Positions 11,093 through 20,233 of a DNA stretch of 64,000 nt are shown here, piece by piece (position 1 is the stretch's first letter; the number at the start of each line of letters is the position of its first letter). The DNA lies in the NCBI GenBank assembly GCA_963804405.1, contig CAWDQG010000030.1, forward strand, positions 28,017 to 92,016. Direction: 5' to 3'. The position numbers were made by a program, and so were the translations under genes. The DNA is from an uncultured Alphaproteobacteria bacterium. GTDB lineage: Bacteria; Pseudomonadota; Alphaproteobacteria; Rhizobiales; Xanthobacteraceae. The notes under the pieces were generated by a model. The model worked only from the letters and a program-made list of their open reading frames with translations, was not told where the DNA came from and did not search any database.

Positions 11093-11845
11093 TCATGCCG
11101 CGCCGTCCCTGATGCTTCCTGCCTTGACGTCAGGATGGATCTCGTAGCCGGCCTGTTCGAGCGACGTGACGCCGAAATAGCCGAAGATCGCGCGGACCGG
11201 GCGGTCGCCGGTGTTGCGGAAGCCGTGCCATTCGCCGCGCGGCGCGAACACCACGTCGCCGGCTTGCATGGCAATTTCGTTGCCCTCGACGAGATGCGCG
11301 CCTTGGCCGTCGAAGACATAGAAGAACTCATCGCCATGATCGTGCCGGTGCAACAGATGGGCGCCGCCGGGAACGAACGTGCTTTGACCGACCACCAGGG
11401 CGGCGGACTTGGCCGCGCTGCCACCGACCAGCCAGCGGGCGGCCACATGGATGAAGCCGAGCTCGGGCTTGTGGAACGGAACATTCTCCACCTCGCTCAG
11501 GGACATAATCTGCATTCTCCCGGTAGCGGCAGCACGACCGCCCTGAACCAGCAGCAGCCGCAGCCGGCCGTGCCGCGGCTCGAGCTCAAGCGTTTGCTGG
11601 CCCGGCAGGAAGATCACCGATTCTTGGCGCACATCGGCGGCAACGGCATCGCAGCGCACATGGCCGCCGCCGTGCAACACAAATAGCATCTGCTCGCGGC
11701 CGGCTTCCGGCGTCAGCCGCGCCGATCCGGCCGGACCGATTTCGATCAAGCCAATCCTGCCAAAACTGCTGCCGCCGGATTGTTCGTCGATCAGCCAGCG
11801 GGCGGCCGCATCGCCATTGCCGAGCGAACTCGGCGACGCGCGCAT
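11093..11845 (-). CDS. Bicupin protein
   Basis: ORF 11093..11893 trimmed to ATG 11845. It has two cupin barrels: ...MLFVLHGGGHVRCD..., and ...GGAHLLHRHDHGDEFFYVFDGQGAHLVEG...GEWHGFRN. No stop lies between the halves. Confidence 0.65.
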   Translation of the reverse strand: MRASPSSLGNGDAAARWLIDEQSGGSSFGRIGLIEIGPAGSARLTPEAGREQMLFVLHGGGHVRCDAVAADVRQESVIFLPGQQTLELEPRHGRLRLLLVQGGRAAATGRMQIMSLSEVENVPFHKPELGFIHVAARWLVGGSAAKSAALVVGQSTFVPGGAHLLHRHDHGDEFFYVFDGQGAHLVEGNEIAMQAGDVVFAPRGEWHGFRNTGDRPVRAIFGYFGVTSLEQAGYEIHPDVKAGSIRDGAA

Positions 11846-11915
11846 GCGCGGAACTGTTATTGGCCACCAAATACACCGCCGGTCTCTCCGCATGTCCGCG
11901 TTTCGCGTTGAGCCG

Positions 11916-12704
11916 CTAGATCAGCCGGACGCCGCCATCGACCATGAGATTTTGGCCGGTGATGTAGTCGGACCGCGACGATGCCAGGAACGTCGTCGCG
12001 CCGACCAGATCGTCGGGAGTGGAAACGCGGCCCAGGATCGCCTTGGTCTTCGCCAGGTGATCGACCGCATTCGGCTCGTCACGATAGCCGGCGCGGATGA
12101 GATCCTTGTCCAGACCGTCCCAGAGCTGGGTTTTGACAAAGCCGGGGCTGAAACTGTTGACGGTAATGTTGTGCTTGCCGAGCGCCTCGGCTCCGGCCTG
12201 CGTCAGCGAGATCACGCAGGCTTTGCTGGCGCAATAAATCGTGGCGATTTGCTCGCCGACTTTGCCGGCGATCGAGGCGGTGTTGATGATCTTGCCGCCG
12301 CCGCCCTGCGCGATCATTTGCTTGGCGGCTTCCTGCATGCCGATCAGCACGCCAAGGCCGTTGATGCCCATGATGCGGCTCCAGTCGGCCTCGGTCGCTT
12401 CCAGGAACTGGCCGGCTTTGCTGATGCCGGCATTATTGAACATGACGTCGAGCCGGCCAAAGGCGCGCACCGCCTCCTTGATCATGGCCTGCACGCTCTT
12501 CCGGTCGGCGACGTCGACTTGAACCGCGACCGCTTCGCCTTTGTCCTTGCGGATGGCCGCGGCGACGCGCTCGGCAGCCGCCAAATCGATATCGGCGACC
12601 ACGACACGCCCGCCCTCGGCGGCGAGATCGCGGGCGATCCCTTCGCCGATGCCGCCACCGCCGCCGGTCACAATGATCGATTTTCCTTCGACCAATCCCG
12701 TCAT
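11916..12704 (-). CDS. SDR-family oxidoreductase (polyol/acetoin dehydrogenase-like)
   Basis: ORF 11916..12776 trimmed to ATG 12704 with GGAGGAAAC RBS. Motifs TGGGGGIG, NNAG, YCASK. Last gene of the sugar ABC strand run. Intact. Confidence 0.85.
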   Translation of the reverse strand: MTGLVEGKSIIVTGGGGGIGEGIARDLAAEGGRVVVADIDLAAAERVAAAIRKDKGEAVAVQVDVADRKSVQAMIKEAVRAFGRLDVMFNNAGISKAGQFLEATEADWSRIMGINGLGVLIGMQEAAKQMIAQGGGGKIINTASIAGKVGEQIATIYCASKACVISLTQAGAEALGKHNITVNSFSPGFVKTQLWDGLDKDLIRAGYRDEPNAVDHLAKTKAILGRVSTPDDLVGATTFLASSRSDYITGQNLMVDGGVRLI

Positions 12705-12729
12705 CCGTTTCCTCCAACATTCACGCGAG

Positions 12730-12795
12730 CTAGATGTTGCATTGGAGCATGATCTTTTCCGAAAACCGGCTTCCACTTTTCGGGATCATGCTCTA
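12730..12795 (+). repeat. Bipartite hairpin repeat, copy B (right module plus stub of left module)
   Basis: ctagatgttgcattggagcatgatcttttccgaaaaccggcttccacttttcgggatcatgctcta. Its last 3 nt (cta, 12793-12795) are the TAG stop of the ABC ATPase on the minus strand. Confidence 0.85.
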
Positions 12796-14339
12796 TGCCG
12801 CCGGCTTGATGGCCGGCTTCACGCCGGTATTCATCGCCGTCACCAACTCGTGCTCGGTGAGCGTTTCGCCATCGAGCTCTTGGGTCAGCACGCCGTCAAC
12901 AAAAACGATGACCCGGTCCGACACCGCCACGATCTCGCCGGGGTCGCTCGAATAGAACAACACCACCCGTCCCGACTGGGCCAGCCGCCGCATGATCCGG
13001 TGCATTTCCCGCTTGGCGCCGATGTCGATGCCGCGGGTCGGATCGTCGAGCACGAGAAGCGAGGGCGCCGCCTCGATCCATTTGGCGAAAACGACTTTCT
13101 GCTGATTGCCGCCCGACAGCGCGCTGACCGGCTGCTGCATCGACCCGGCGACCACGCCGAGCTGGCGGCAGCGTTCGATCGCAGCTTGCCTGAGACGCTC
13201 GGCGCGCAAGACAAAGCCGTCGCGCCCGAGCGTGAGCGCGCGCACGCTGACGACGTTTTCGGCAACACTTTGCCGCAGCATCAGGCCATATTGCTTGCGG
13301 TCGGCGGGCGTATAGGCGATTCCGGCCTTGACCGCGCCGGCGGTGCTGGTCGGCAGCGGAACGCCGGTCGGAAGCGTCACCTCTCCCGACTTCGGCTTGG
13401 CGACGCCGAACAGCACGGCGAACAATTCTTCGACGCCGGCGCCGGCGAGTCCGGCGACGCCGACAATGATGCCGGGCTGAATTTCCAAATTGTCGATGAC
13501 AAGATCGCCCGGGCCCTCTCAGCCCGACGATGCGCAGAGGGCCGACCTTGATTTCGGGAATCGAGCCGTCGTTGCTCGCCGCGATCGCCGGAACGTTGCG
13601 CGCGTTCCGCCATCAATTCCGGCGTCTCACCCAGCATGGCGGCGACGACCGCTTTCAACTGATCGGCTGCCGGCGCGATGTTCTCCGGAACCCGCTTGCC
13701 GTTGCGGAGAATGACCAGATTGTCGGATATCTCCAACAATTCCTCGAGGAAATGGCTGACATAGACGATGCCGATGCCGGAATCGCGCAAGCCGCGAATG
13801 ATCTCGTGGAGCCGTTCGACCTCGGCGACATGCAGCGACGACGTCGGCTCGTCGAGAATAAGGACACGCGGATTTTGCAATACGGCGCGAGCGATCTCGA
13901 CCAATTGCCGGTCGGCCAGACTCAACCGATGAAGCGGCATGCGAAGCGACACGTGCACGCCGAGCTGTTCGAGGACGGCGTTGGCGCGGCGGCCGAAGGC
14001 GCGGCGCGCTTGCCAGGCGCCGCCGCCCGGCGCCAAGAGCAGATTCTCTTCCACGGTCAGTGCCGGGAACAGGCTCAATTCCTGCGAGACCATCGCAATG
14101 CCGGCGCGCGCTGCGTCGGTGATCGCATGCATCGCCAGCGGGCGGCCGTCGAGCTTGAGTTCGCCGGCGTCCGGCGGCAGCGCGCCGGCGATGATCTTCA
14201 ACAATGTGGACTTGCCGGCGCCATTGGCGCCGACCAGTCCGTTGACTTTGCCCTCGACGACGTCGAAATCGACGTCACTCAAGGCATGCACGGCGCCGAA
14301 GCGCTTGCTGATTCCCCTGGCGGAATAAATGACTGACAC
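12793..14339 (-). pseudogene. Sugar ABC transporter ATP-binding protein (duplicated ATPase, RbsA/MglA type), two frame breaks
   Basis: ORF 13377..14339 carries GANGAGKSTLL, LSLADRQ and ILDEPTS. The linker NARNVPAIAASNDGSIPEIKVGPLRIVGLRGPG is in a third frame. ORF 12793..13488 carries GLAGAGVEE, LSGGNQQK and VLDDPTRGID. Breaks near 13607 and 13510. Confidence 0.8.
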
Positions 14340-14383
14340 GGTCCGCCTCTTCTACTGATGCGCGACAAATTGATTCACGACAT

Positions 14384-14466
14384 CGTCATTGCGAGGAGCA
14401 AAGCGACGAAGCAATCCAGCATCGGGAACGCCGCCCTGGATTGCTTCGCTTCGCTCGCAATGACGA
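14384..14466. repeat. Palindromic REP-like element (cattgcgag...gcaatccag family) between ABC genes
   Basis: Left arm tcgtcattgcgaggagcaaagcgacgaagcaatccag, 16-nt loop, right arm ctggattgcttcgcttcgctcgcaatgacga. One strand translates to ...DCFASLAMT, a string I recall from spurious ORFs in related genomes. Single copy in this window. Confidence 0.75.
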
Positions 14467-14507
14467 TCATGAATTGTCCGAAATCATCGCGCGCTAGTCA
14501 TGTGGGT

Positions 14508-15620
14508 TCATTGCGCCGGGTGCGTGTACAAGTCCGAATCCGGCAGGGTCGCGGGCAGATGATCGCGCGTTGCCTCGATTTGCTCCTTGTAAAAGGCTCG
14601 CAGTCCCGTCTCGGGCTTTTCCCACGCCTTTTGATAGGCCGCGATGTTGGCCTTATCGACGACCACATGCGGCACCTTCACCCAACCCACCGGCAGCGGC
14701 TTGCCTTTGAGCAGCGAGTCGGCGGCGATGTAGGTGGCGAGATAGGCCTGCGAGAAGAAATTCGCCGGCACGCCCGCCGTGATCGATCCCTGCGCGATAT
14801 ACTCGCGCACTTCCTCGGGCGTATCCCAGGAAACCAACGGCACCTTGACTTTGTCGGCATCCAAAATCTTTGGGATGTTCTCCTCGCCCTCTTCGCACGG
14901 ATCGATATAGGTCAAGGCCTTCGGCGTCTTGCGGATGGCCTGGTCCCACAGGGCGAAATTCCGCTCGCGATCGGGCTTGGAATCGAAGCTCGCGAGCACG
15001 TTGATCTTCGGCATTTTCTTCTTGAGGTAGGCGACTTCGCCAGCGAGGCGGTTTTCCAGAACCGTCAAACCGGGCACGCAGACGGCGGTGACGACGTCGC
15101 CGCTGATGTCGGCCGCCGACTTGCCTTGGCTCTTCTCCAGCGCCGCGGTCACGATGCCTCCGGCCGTCAGGCCCATCCCGAACGCGTCCGAAGCGACGAA
15201 CAGCGCGTTCTTGATGTCAGGCATCGGCGGCACGTTGATCCAGACGATATTGGCGCCGCGCGCCTGCGCCTCGAGCGCCGGCTGCGTGAACAGCGGCGGC
15301 GCCACGTTGACGACGACCAGCACGTCCGGTTTGGTTTCGAGCTCGGCCAGGAACATCTGCGCCTGCCGCTGCGGATCGAACGTGGTCGGTCCGGTGACGC
15401 GCACTTTGACTTTGCCGTCCAGGTCTTTCGCCGCGGCATTGGCGCCGGCGAGAATTTCCGTGCTCCATTCGCCTGCCGCCAGCGCCAGCACCACCGAAAC
15501 GGTCACGGAATCTTTCGCCGCGTAGGCCGGCGCGCCGGCCGCGGCGGCGAATGCCAGGCCGCCCAATAACGCCAGGCGCGATAATCGTAGCGTCTGCCTC
15601 TTTGATGGTCTCGATTGCAT
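14508..15620 (-). CDS. Sugar ABC transporter substrate-binding protein
   Basis: ORF 14508..15719 trimmed to ATG 15620 (GGGAGGTAAC RBS). Signal peptide ...LALLGGLAFAAAAGAPAYAA. Periplasmic-binding-protein-like body. Intact. Confidence 0.8.
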   Translation of the reverse strand: MQSRPSKRQTLRLSRLALLGGLAFAAAAGAPAYAAKDSVTVSVVLALAAGEWSTEILAGANAAAKDLDGKVKVRVTGPTTFDPQRQAQMFLAELETKPDVLVVVNVAPPLFTQPALEAQARGANIVWINVPPMPDIKNALFVASDAFGMGLTAGGIVTAALEKSQGKSAADISGDVVTAVCVPGLTVLENRLAGEVAYLKKKMPKINVLASFDSKPDRERNFALWDQAIRKTPKALTYIDPCEEGEENIPKILDADKVKVPLVSWDTPEEVREYIAQGSITAGVPANFFSQAYLATYIAADSLLKGKPLPVGWVKVPHVVVDKANIAAYQKAWEKPETGLRAFYKEQIEATRDHLPATLPDSDLYTHPAQ

Positions 15621-15684
15621 GTCCGTTACCTCCCTTGCTTCCTTAAATTGTTGATGTGCTGCCGACAAAAAGCATCGCGACCCC

Positions 15685-16692
15685 TCAGTTCGTGCGTCGA
15701 CGTTTGGCGATACGATCAAGCGCGATGGCGCCGACGATCACGATGCCGGTGACGAACTCCGAGTAGTTCAGATTGACGTTGTAGAAGACGAGGCCGCTGT
15801 CGATGGTGGTGATGATCAGTACGCCCAACGCCGCGCCGAGGATGGTGCCGGAGCCGCCGGCGAGCGAGGTGCCGCCGATCACGACGGCGGCAATGACCTG
15901 AAGTCCGAGACTGCGGCCGGAGGAGGTGTCGACCGCCTTGAAATAGGCGAGCGTCATGAGGCCCGACAAAGCCGCCAGGAAACCGACCAGCGCGGTGGTG
16001 TAGATGCGGATGAGGTCAGTGCGCACGCCGATGAATTCGGCGGCTGCCGGATTTGAGCCGATGGCGCGGACCGTGGCGCCGAACCGGGTATGGATAAAAA
16101 CAAAATACAGCACGACGGCGCAGACGATGGCGGTCCAGACCGATGCCGGAAGCTGCAGCAGGTCGCTGCCAAACCATCGAAAGAAGGGATGATCCTTCGG
16201 CAAGCCGTAGATCGCCTTGCCGTCCGACAAGATGAGGTGCAGCCCGAAATAAGCGGACAACGTTCCAAGCGAGACGATGATCAGCGGCACTTTCAGCAGG
16301 CTGGTGAGCACGCCGTTGAGCCCGCCAAGGACGATCCCCGCTATCAGCCCGAGTGCGACGGCGATCCACGGATCGAAGTGATAAAACTTGATGAGCAACG
16401 CCGGCAGACTACTGGCGACGGCGAAAATCCCGCCCACCGACAGGTCGATCTCCACCATCGCCACCAGATAGACCATGCCGAAGGCGATGATGCCGACCAG
16501 CGCCGATTGGCGCAGGATGGTCTTGATCGAGCCGAAGCTGAAGAATTCCGGGTGTGGAATGCCGATGCCGAGGATCATCAGCAAAAAGACGATGACCAGG
16601 CCGGTATCCTCCGACCAACGCCAGCGCAGCCACGAAAGCTGGCGCGGGAGGGCATCCCGCTTGGCATCGCGTGCTGTGTCTGATGCGCTCAT
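15685..16692 (-). CDS. Sugar ABC transporter permease (RbsC/BPD_transp_2 type)
   Basis: ORF 15685..16740 trimmed to ATG 16692. Multiple TM helices. Conserved ...RFGATVRAIGSNPAAAEFIGV...GGTSLAGGSGTILG. Intact. Confidence 0.85.
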   Translation of the reverse strand: MSASDTARDAKRDALPRQLSWLRWRWSEDTGLVIVFLLMILGIGIPHPEFFSFGSIKTILRQSALVGIIAFGMVYLVAMVEIDLSVGGIFAVASSLPALLIKFYHFDPWIAVALGLIAGIVLGGLNGVLTSLLKVPLIIVSLGTLSAYFGLHLILSDGKAIYGLPKDHPFFRWFGSDLLQLPASVWTAIVCAVVLYFVFIHTRFGATVRAIGSNPAAAEFIGVRTDLIRIYTTALVGFLAALSGLMTLAYFKAVDTSSGRSLGLQVIAAVVIGGTSLAGGSGTILGAALGVLIITTIDSGLVFYNVNLNYSEFVTGIVIVGAIALDRIAKRRRTN

Positions 16693-16771
16693 AACGGCAC
16701 GGACTCGCTCACCTTCGTTCCTGGCATTGCGACGAGGCAACCAACGATCATCTCCGGAACGTTCGCCAGCC

Positions 16772-17320
16772 TTATGCCGCTTTAGATCCGGCTGGACCGC
16801 CGGTTCCGAACACCGCTGCGGCCGCCGCTTGCCAATTAGGATCGCTCAGATCGATCAGGGTGGGGTTGCCGTCGCACCATTGGAAGCAGTGCTTAAGCTT
16901 GCTGATTTTCCAGCCGCCCGCCGTGCGGCGAAAGGAGTTCTCGTACCAGCCGTACTGCGTGTAATGGTCGTCGCCATGCCGGTTCGGAAACCGATGCCGC
17001 GAAACGTGATAGAAAATCCCGTCAGCGTCGTCGCCACGCAGGTTGATGTGGAAGTTCGAATATTGGTGCATGACGATCAGCCGCTGCAGGCAAGCGCTGG
17101 CGAAGTCCGCCCAGACTTTCGGTGTCGTCGTCGCTGGCGCCCGACCGGTCAGGTCGAAAAAGTCGACCTCGAACGGATCGGTCAGAGTGGCCGCGTACAT
17201 GTCCCAGTCGTGCAAGTCGAGGCCGCGCCCGAAGCGAAGCATGACGTCGCTGATCTGCTGCCGGTCCCACAGCTCGCGTATCATCTCGTCGGTGGTCGGA
17301 TATTTTGGCGAAGCCGCCAT
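16772..17320 (-). CDS. SnoaL-like / NTF2-fold protein
   Basis: 182-aa ORF. ...IRELWDRQQISDVMLRFGRGLDLHDWDMYAATL...MHQYSNFHINL...GGWKISKLK is typical of SnoaL_4-type proteins. Intact. Confidence 0.6.
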   Translation of the reverse strand: MAASPKYPTTDEMIRELWDRQQISDVMLRFGRGLDLHDWDMYAATLTDPFEVDFFDLTGRAPATTTPKVWADFASACLQRLIVMHQYSNFHINLRGDDADGIFYHVSRHRFPNRHGDDHYTQYGWYENSFRRTAGGWKISKLKHCFQWCDGNPTLIDLSDPNWQAAAAAVFGTGGPAGSKAA

Positions 17321-17381
17321 CGGCCCGTTTCCTCGAACTCAATTGGGCGGTCAGCGCTGACACGCCCGCCCGATACTCTTC

Positions 17382-17889
17382 CTAAAACGTCTGCGCCTTG
17401 ATGCTTGCGAACATGCCCCGCACGTTGGCATCCAGATAGACGATCTCGGTGACAGTGCCGGGATCGTCACTGGTCTCGAAGTAGCCGAACTTGGTGTCGC
17501 CGAAGGTGCCGCGCTGCACGAGGGTGATAGCCCCGCGACAGCAGATCAGCCGTGGCGCCGTCATAGTCCTCGACCGAAAAGCCGAGGTGATGCACGCCGC
17601 CTGCCGGGACCCGGTCGAGAAATTCCGAATAGGTGCTCTTGCCGGCGACCGGTTCGATGACTTCGTATTGCACGTCGCCGACATAGCCGAAGGCCATGCT
17701 GTGGTTGATTGTCGCCGGTGCGCCACGAAACCAGCCATTCTCGACGACGATCTCGCGGAGCACCATGAAGCGCGGCGCGCCGAGCTTGGCGTTGAGGTGA
17801 GCGAGCGCCGCGTCCAGGTTCGGCACGACATAGCCGATCTGGAATAACGTTCCGGGCAAAGGACGAGCAGACTTGGCGGTACCGGACAT
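17382..17889 (-). pseudogene. VOC/glyoxalase-family protein, one frame break
   Basis: ATG 17889 with AGGAG RBS. LFQIGYVVPNLDAALAHL...GGVHHLGFSVEDYDGATADLLSRGYH | LVQRGTFGDTKFGYFETSDDPG... (ORF 17467..18030, then ORF 17382..17831). Break at the ggg run 17522-17524. Confidence 0.7.
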
Positions 17890-17927
17890 GCTTGACACTC
17901 CTGCGGCTACGCCGGCGCTAAGTAGGC

Positions 17928-18794
17928 CTACTTCGCCGGAGCAAACAGTGGCGTCGCGTCGCCATAGATCCGGATGTCGGCGATCTTGTCGCCGCGGCGG
18001 CGCAATACCGTGCAGAACTTGATCGCGCACAGGCTGTCATCCATGCGGGTGTATTGGACTATCGCTTCGGCCACGCCGAGCTGGCCGTCGTACATTGACC
18101 AAGCGCCGGTCATGCTGTGCGACAAGCCCCTGATGCTTCCCCAAAGATGGCCGATCGCGGCCTTGTAGCCTTCCTTGCCGTGCACGGTCGGATGGTTGGC
18201 AAATGTCAGCGTCGTGTCGTCGGTGTGCTGCGCCAGCGTGCGTTCCATATCCATGCCGTCGACGGCGCGGTAATATTCGTAGATCCAGCCTGTATCGCCG
18301 GCGGCGTCGGTCGGATGTTTCGGCGGCAGATGCTCACGGCCTCTTTCATCAACCGTTCGCCGCACCGCCGCCAGCGTCGACGCGACGGCATTCAGGTAGG
18401 CGCTTTCCATCGGCGCAAAGTGGGTTTTTTCCGCGTCGCTGCCCTCCGGAATGCCGTCCTTCTTCAGGCTGAATGCGAACGTCAGCGTCAGATTGCCGTT
18501 GTCGTCCTCACCGATAATATTTTCGATGCGGCCGAGCTCCGAGCCGCGCGTGCGCTCGAAGACGACGCGGTTTTCCGGCTCGAACGTCACCTTTTCACGG
18601 AGCGGCACATCCTTGAGCATGATGTCGCGGACGAGCCAGCCGTCACCCTGTTCAACGACCTCGCATTTCTTCATCTCCGGCACGTAGGGCAGCGCGTTGT
18701 TCGCTTTCATGAGCAGGCCATTCCACACATCGTGCCGGCTCAGGAAAGATTTCTTCGGCTCGTTGACCGGAACCGTTCTGCTCAGCTGATACAT
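17928..18794 (-). CDS. Fusion protein: DUF1857 (SRPBCC-like) N-domain plus SnoaL/NTF2-like C-domain
   Basis: ORF 17928..18893 trimmed to ATG 18794 (AGGAGAG RBS). N-half MYQLSRTVPVNEPKK...SRHDVWNGLLMKANNALPYVP...VVFERT resembles DUF1857. C-half ...IYEYYRAVDGMDMERTLA...WSMYDGQ...FCTVLRRRGDKIADIRIY is NTF2-like. The domain call is from memory. Confidence 0.55.
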   Translation of the reverse strand: MYQLSRTVPVNEPKKSFLSRHDVWNGLLMKANNALPYVPEMKKCEVVEQGDGWLVRDIMLKDVPLREKVTFEPENRVVFERTRGSELGRIENIIGEDDNGNLTLTFAFSLKKDGIPEGSDAEKTHFAPMESAYLNAVASTLAAVRRTVDERGREHLPPKHPTDAAGDTGWIYEYYRAVDGMDMERTLAQHTDDTTLTFANHPTVHGKEGYKAAIGHLWGSIRGLSHSMTGAWSMYDGQLGVAEAIVQYTRMDDSLCAIKFCTVLRRRGDKIADIRIYGDATPLFAPAK

Positions 18795-18930
18795 GGCGCT
18801 CTCCTGTGATGCGGGACGCCGTGCGGCCAATGCGGGACTGAACGGTCGGGAGCCTCTGGTCGGCATCACCGGATCGCAAACCCCCAACCTCATCGCCGCA
18901 AAGTGGCTGTCCCATTCCTCCCGATCTTCG

Positions 18931-18973
18931 AATATTTTCCAAAATTTCTAATTTGTGGATAGAGGCGTGTCAA
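18931..18973 (-). promoter_or_regulatory. Candidate promoter plus AT-rich operator word upstream of the 18794 operon
   Basis: On the minus strand: TTGACA (18968-18973), 17 nt, TAGAAA, then ATTTTGGAAAAT (complement of 18934-18946). The same word occurs at 19912 and 20132. Confidence 0.4.
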
Positions 18974-19131
18974 GACGCTGGAACCGCGGGACGTGGCGCG
19001 CCGACATTGCCGGCGCGAAGTGTTCGATGTCGTGTCGTGGAATGAGAGCCGCAGCACGGCTTTGGCATCAGGCGCAAGCTGCCGCCTGACCGCGGGGATT
19101 TCGTTAAGCGTTCGGCACCGGCGGGGGCCGC

Positions 19132-19869
19132 TCAGGCCCGTTTGGCGACCACGCGGGGCATACGCGCCAGCACCGAGACGACTTGCTCGGCGGTCACCTG
19201 ATAATGTCGTTGCAGCGCGCGGACGGCGGCCTTGGCATCGCGTGCCAATGCCGCGTCGAAGATCTGCTTATGTTCGCGTCCGGTATCGCGTTTCAATATC
19301 TTTTGCGGACCGAATTTGGTGCGCAATATGCGCTGTCGTTCCGCCTGATCGAACAACAGCGCAGCAAGCTCGACGAGCCACTGCGAGCCGCACGCCGACA
19401 ACAGCGCCATGTGGAACTGACGATGAAAAATCGCCCAATTCTCGGTGGCCGGGCCCGGTTCCTTCGGCACCGGATAGCGCGACAACGCATGGAACGCCGC
19501 CACCAAAGCGGTTTCCCAGGCCATGTCGCCGCGCCGAATCGAACGCGACAGCGCCTCGGACTCGATGAGGATGCGCGTCGCCATCGTGTCTTCGACATCG
19601 TAGGCGGTCAGTGGCGCGACCCGAAATCCGCGCTGCCCGACTGATGTGACCAGGCGCTCGGACGCAAGCCGCGTCAACGCCTCGCGGAGCGGACTGATGC
19701 CGACGCCATAGCGCGCGCGCAACTCGTCGGAGCGAAGCGGCGATCCCGGCGCGAGGCGGCCCCAGAGAATGTCCTGGCGGATGCGGCGGTAGGTCGACTC
19801 GGCGATCGTGCGCGACACGCCGGTTTGATCCGGATTGATCGCATGGACCTCGGCAACCGAACGTTTCAT
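19132..19869 (-). CDS. GntR-family transcriptional regulator (FadR/FCD subfamily)
   Basis: 245-aa ORF. wHTH ...IAESTYRRIRQDILWGRLAPGSPLRSDELRARYGVGISPLREALTRLASERLV... followed by a helical FCD-type domain. Intact. Confidence 0.85.
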   Translation of the reverse strand: MKRSVAEVHAINPDQTGVSRTIAESTYRRIRQDILWGRLAPGSPLRSDELRARYGVGISPLREALTRLASERLVTSVGQRGFRVAPLTAYDVEDTMATRILIESEALSRSIRRGDMAWETALVAAFHALSRYPVPKEPGPATENWAIFHRQFHMALLSACGSQWLVELAALLFDQAERQRILRTKFGPQKILKRDTGREHKQIFDAALARDAKAAVRALQRHYQVTAEQVVSVLARMPRVVAKRA

Positions 19870-19907
19870 AAATCCCCCAGCGCGTCCCGACGACGTCGTT
19901 ACGAAAA

Positions 19908-19927
19908 AATAATTTTGGAAATTAGAT
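19908..19927. promoter_or_regulatory. AT-rich operator word upstream of the GntR gene
   Basis: aataATTTTGGAAATTagat, 39-58 nt upstream of the gntR-type start codon. The 12-nt core is identical to 20132-20143. Confidence 0.4.
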
Positions 19928-20103
19928 CACAACCTGGCAAAACACCATCCCCCGGACGACCCGACCTGTGCCCGACATCACAGGCGGCACGAGATTTGCC
20001 CATTCTATATGACTTTTCAGGGCTGGCTGCCCACCGCCGCACCGCTCCACGGCGGCGGCGCAAGCTGCTGCCCATCGGTTTCAAGTTCCCATCGGCCGGC
20101 GCC

Positions 20104-20147
20104 TTGACAGGGCCACGGCACCTCTTAAAATATTTTGGAAATTCTAT
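20104..20147 (+). promoter_or_regulatory. Near-consensus sigma70-type promoter overlapped by the AT-rich operator word, upstream of SDR 20234
   Basis: TTGACA (20104-20109), 16 nt, TAAAAT (20126-20131), immediately followed by ATTTTGGAAATT (20132-20143). Confidence 0.45.
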
Positions 20148-20233
20148 CGATCTTTGGATGATGGGCCCGGGGACTGGGCACGTCACTACCAAACATCAAA
20201 TGCTTCAGCGCAAAAACGGGGAGGAACGCCAAC

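Noticed and set aside
11093-11845. Splitting the bicupin into two genes (second start MSLSEVEN at about 11507, with GGGAGA upstream).
   Set aside because: There is no stop codon between the halves, and both are in one frame. An internal start cannot be excluded, but a single bicupin ORF is the simpler reading.
18993-19568. 191-aa + strand ORF spanning the intergenic region and the GntR gene.
   Set aside because: It is mostly antisense to the well-supported GntR CDS, has an Arg/Pro/Ala-rich translation, and has no RBS.
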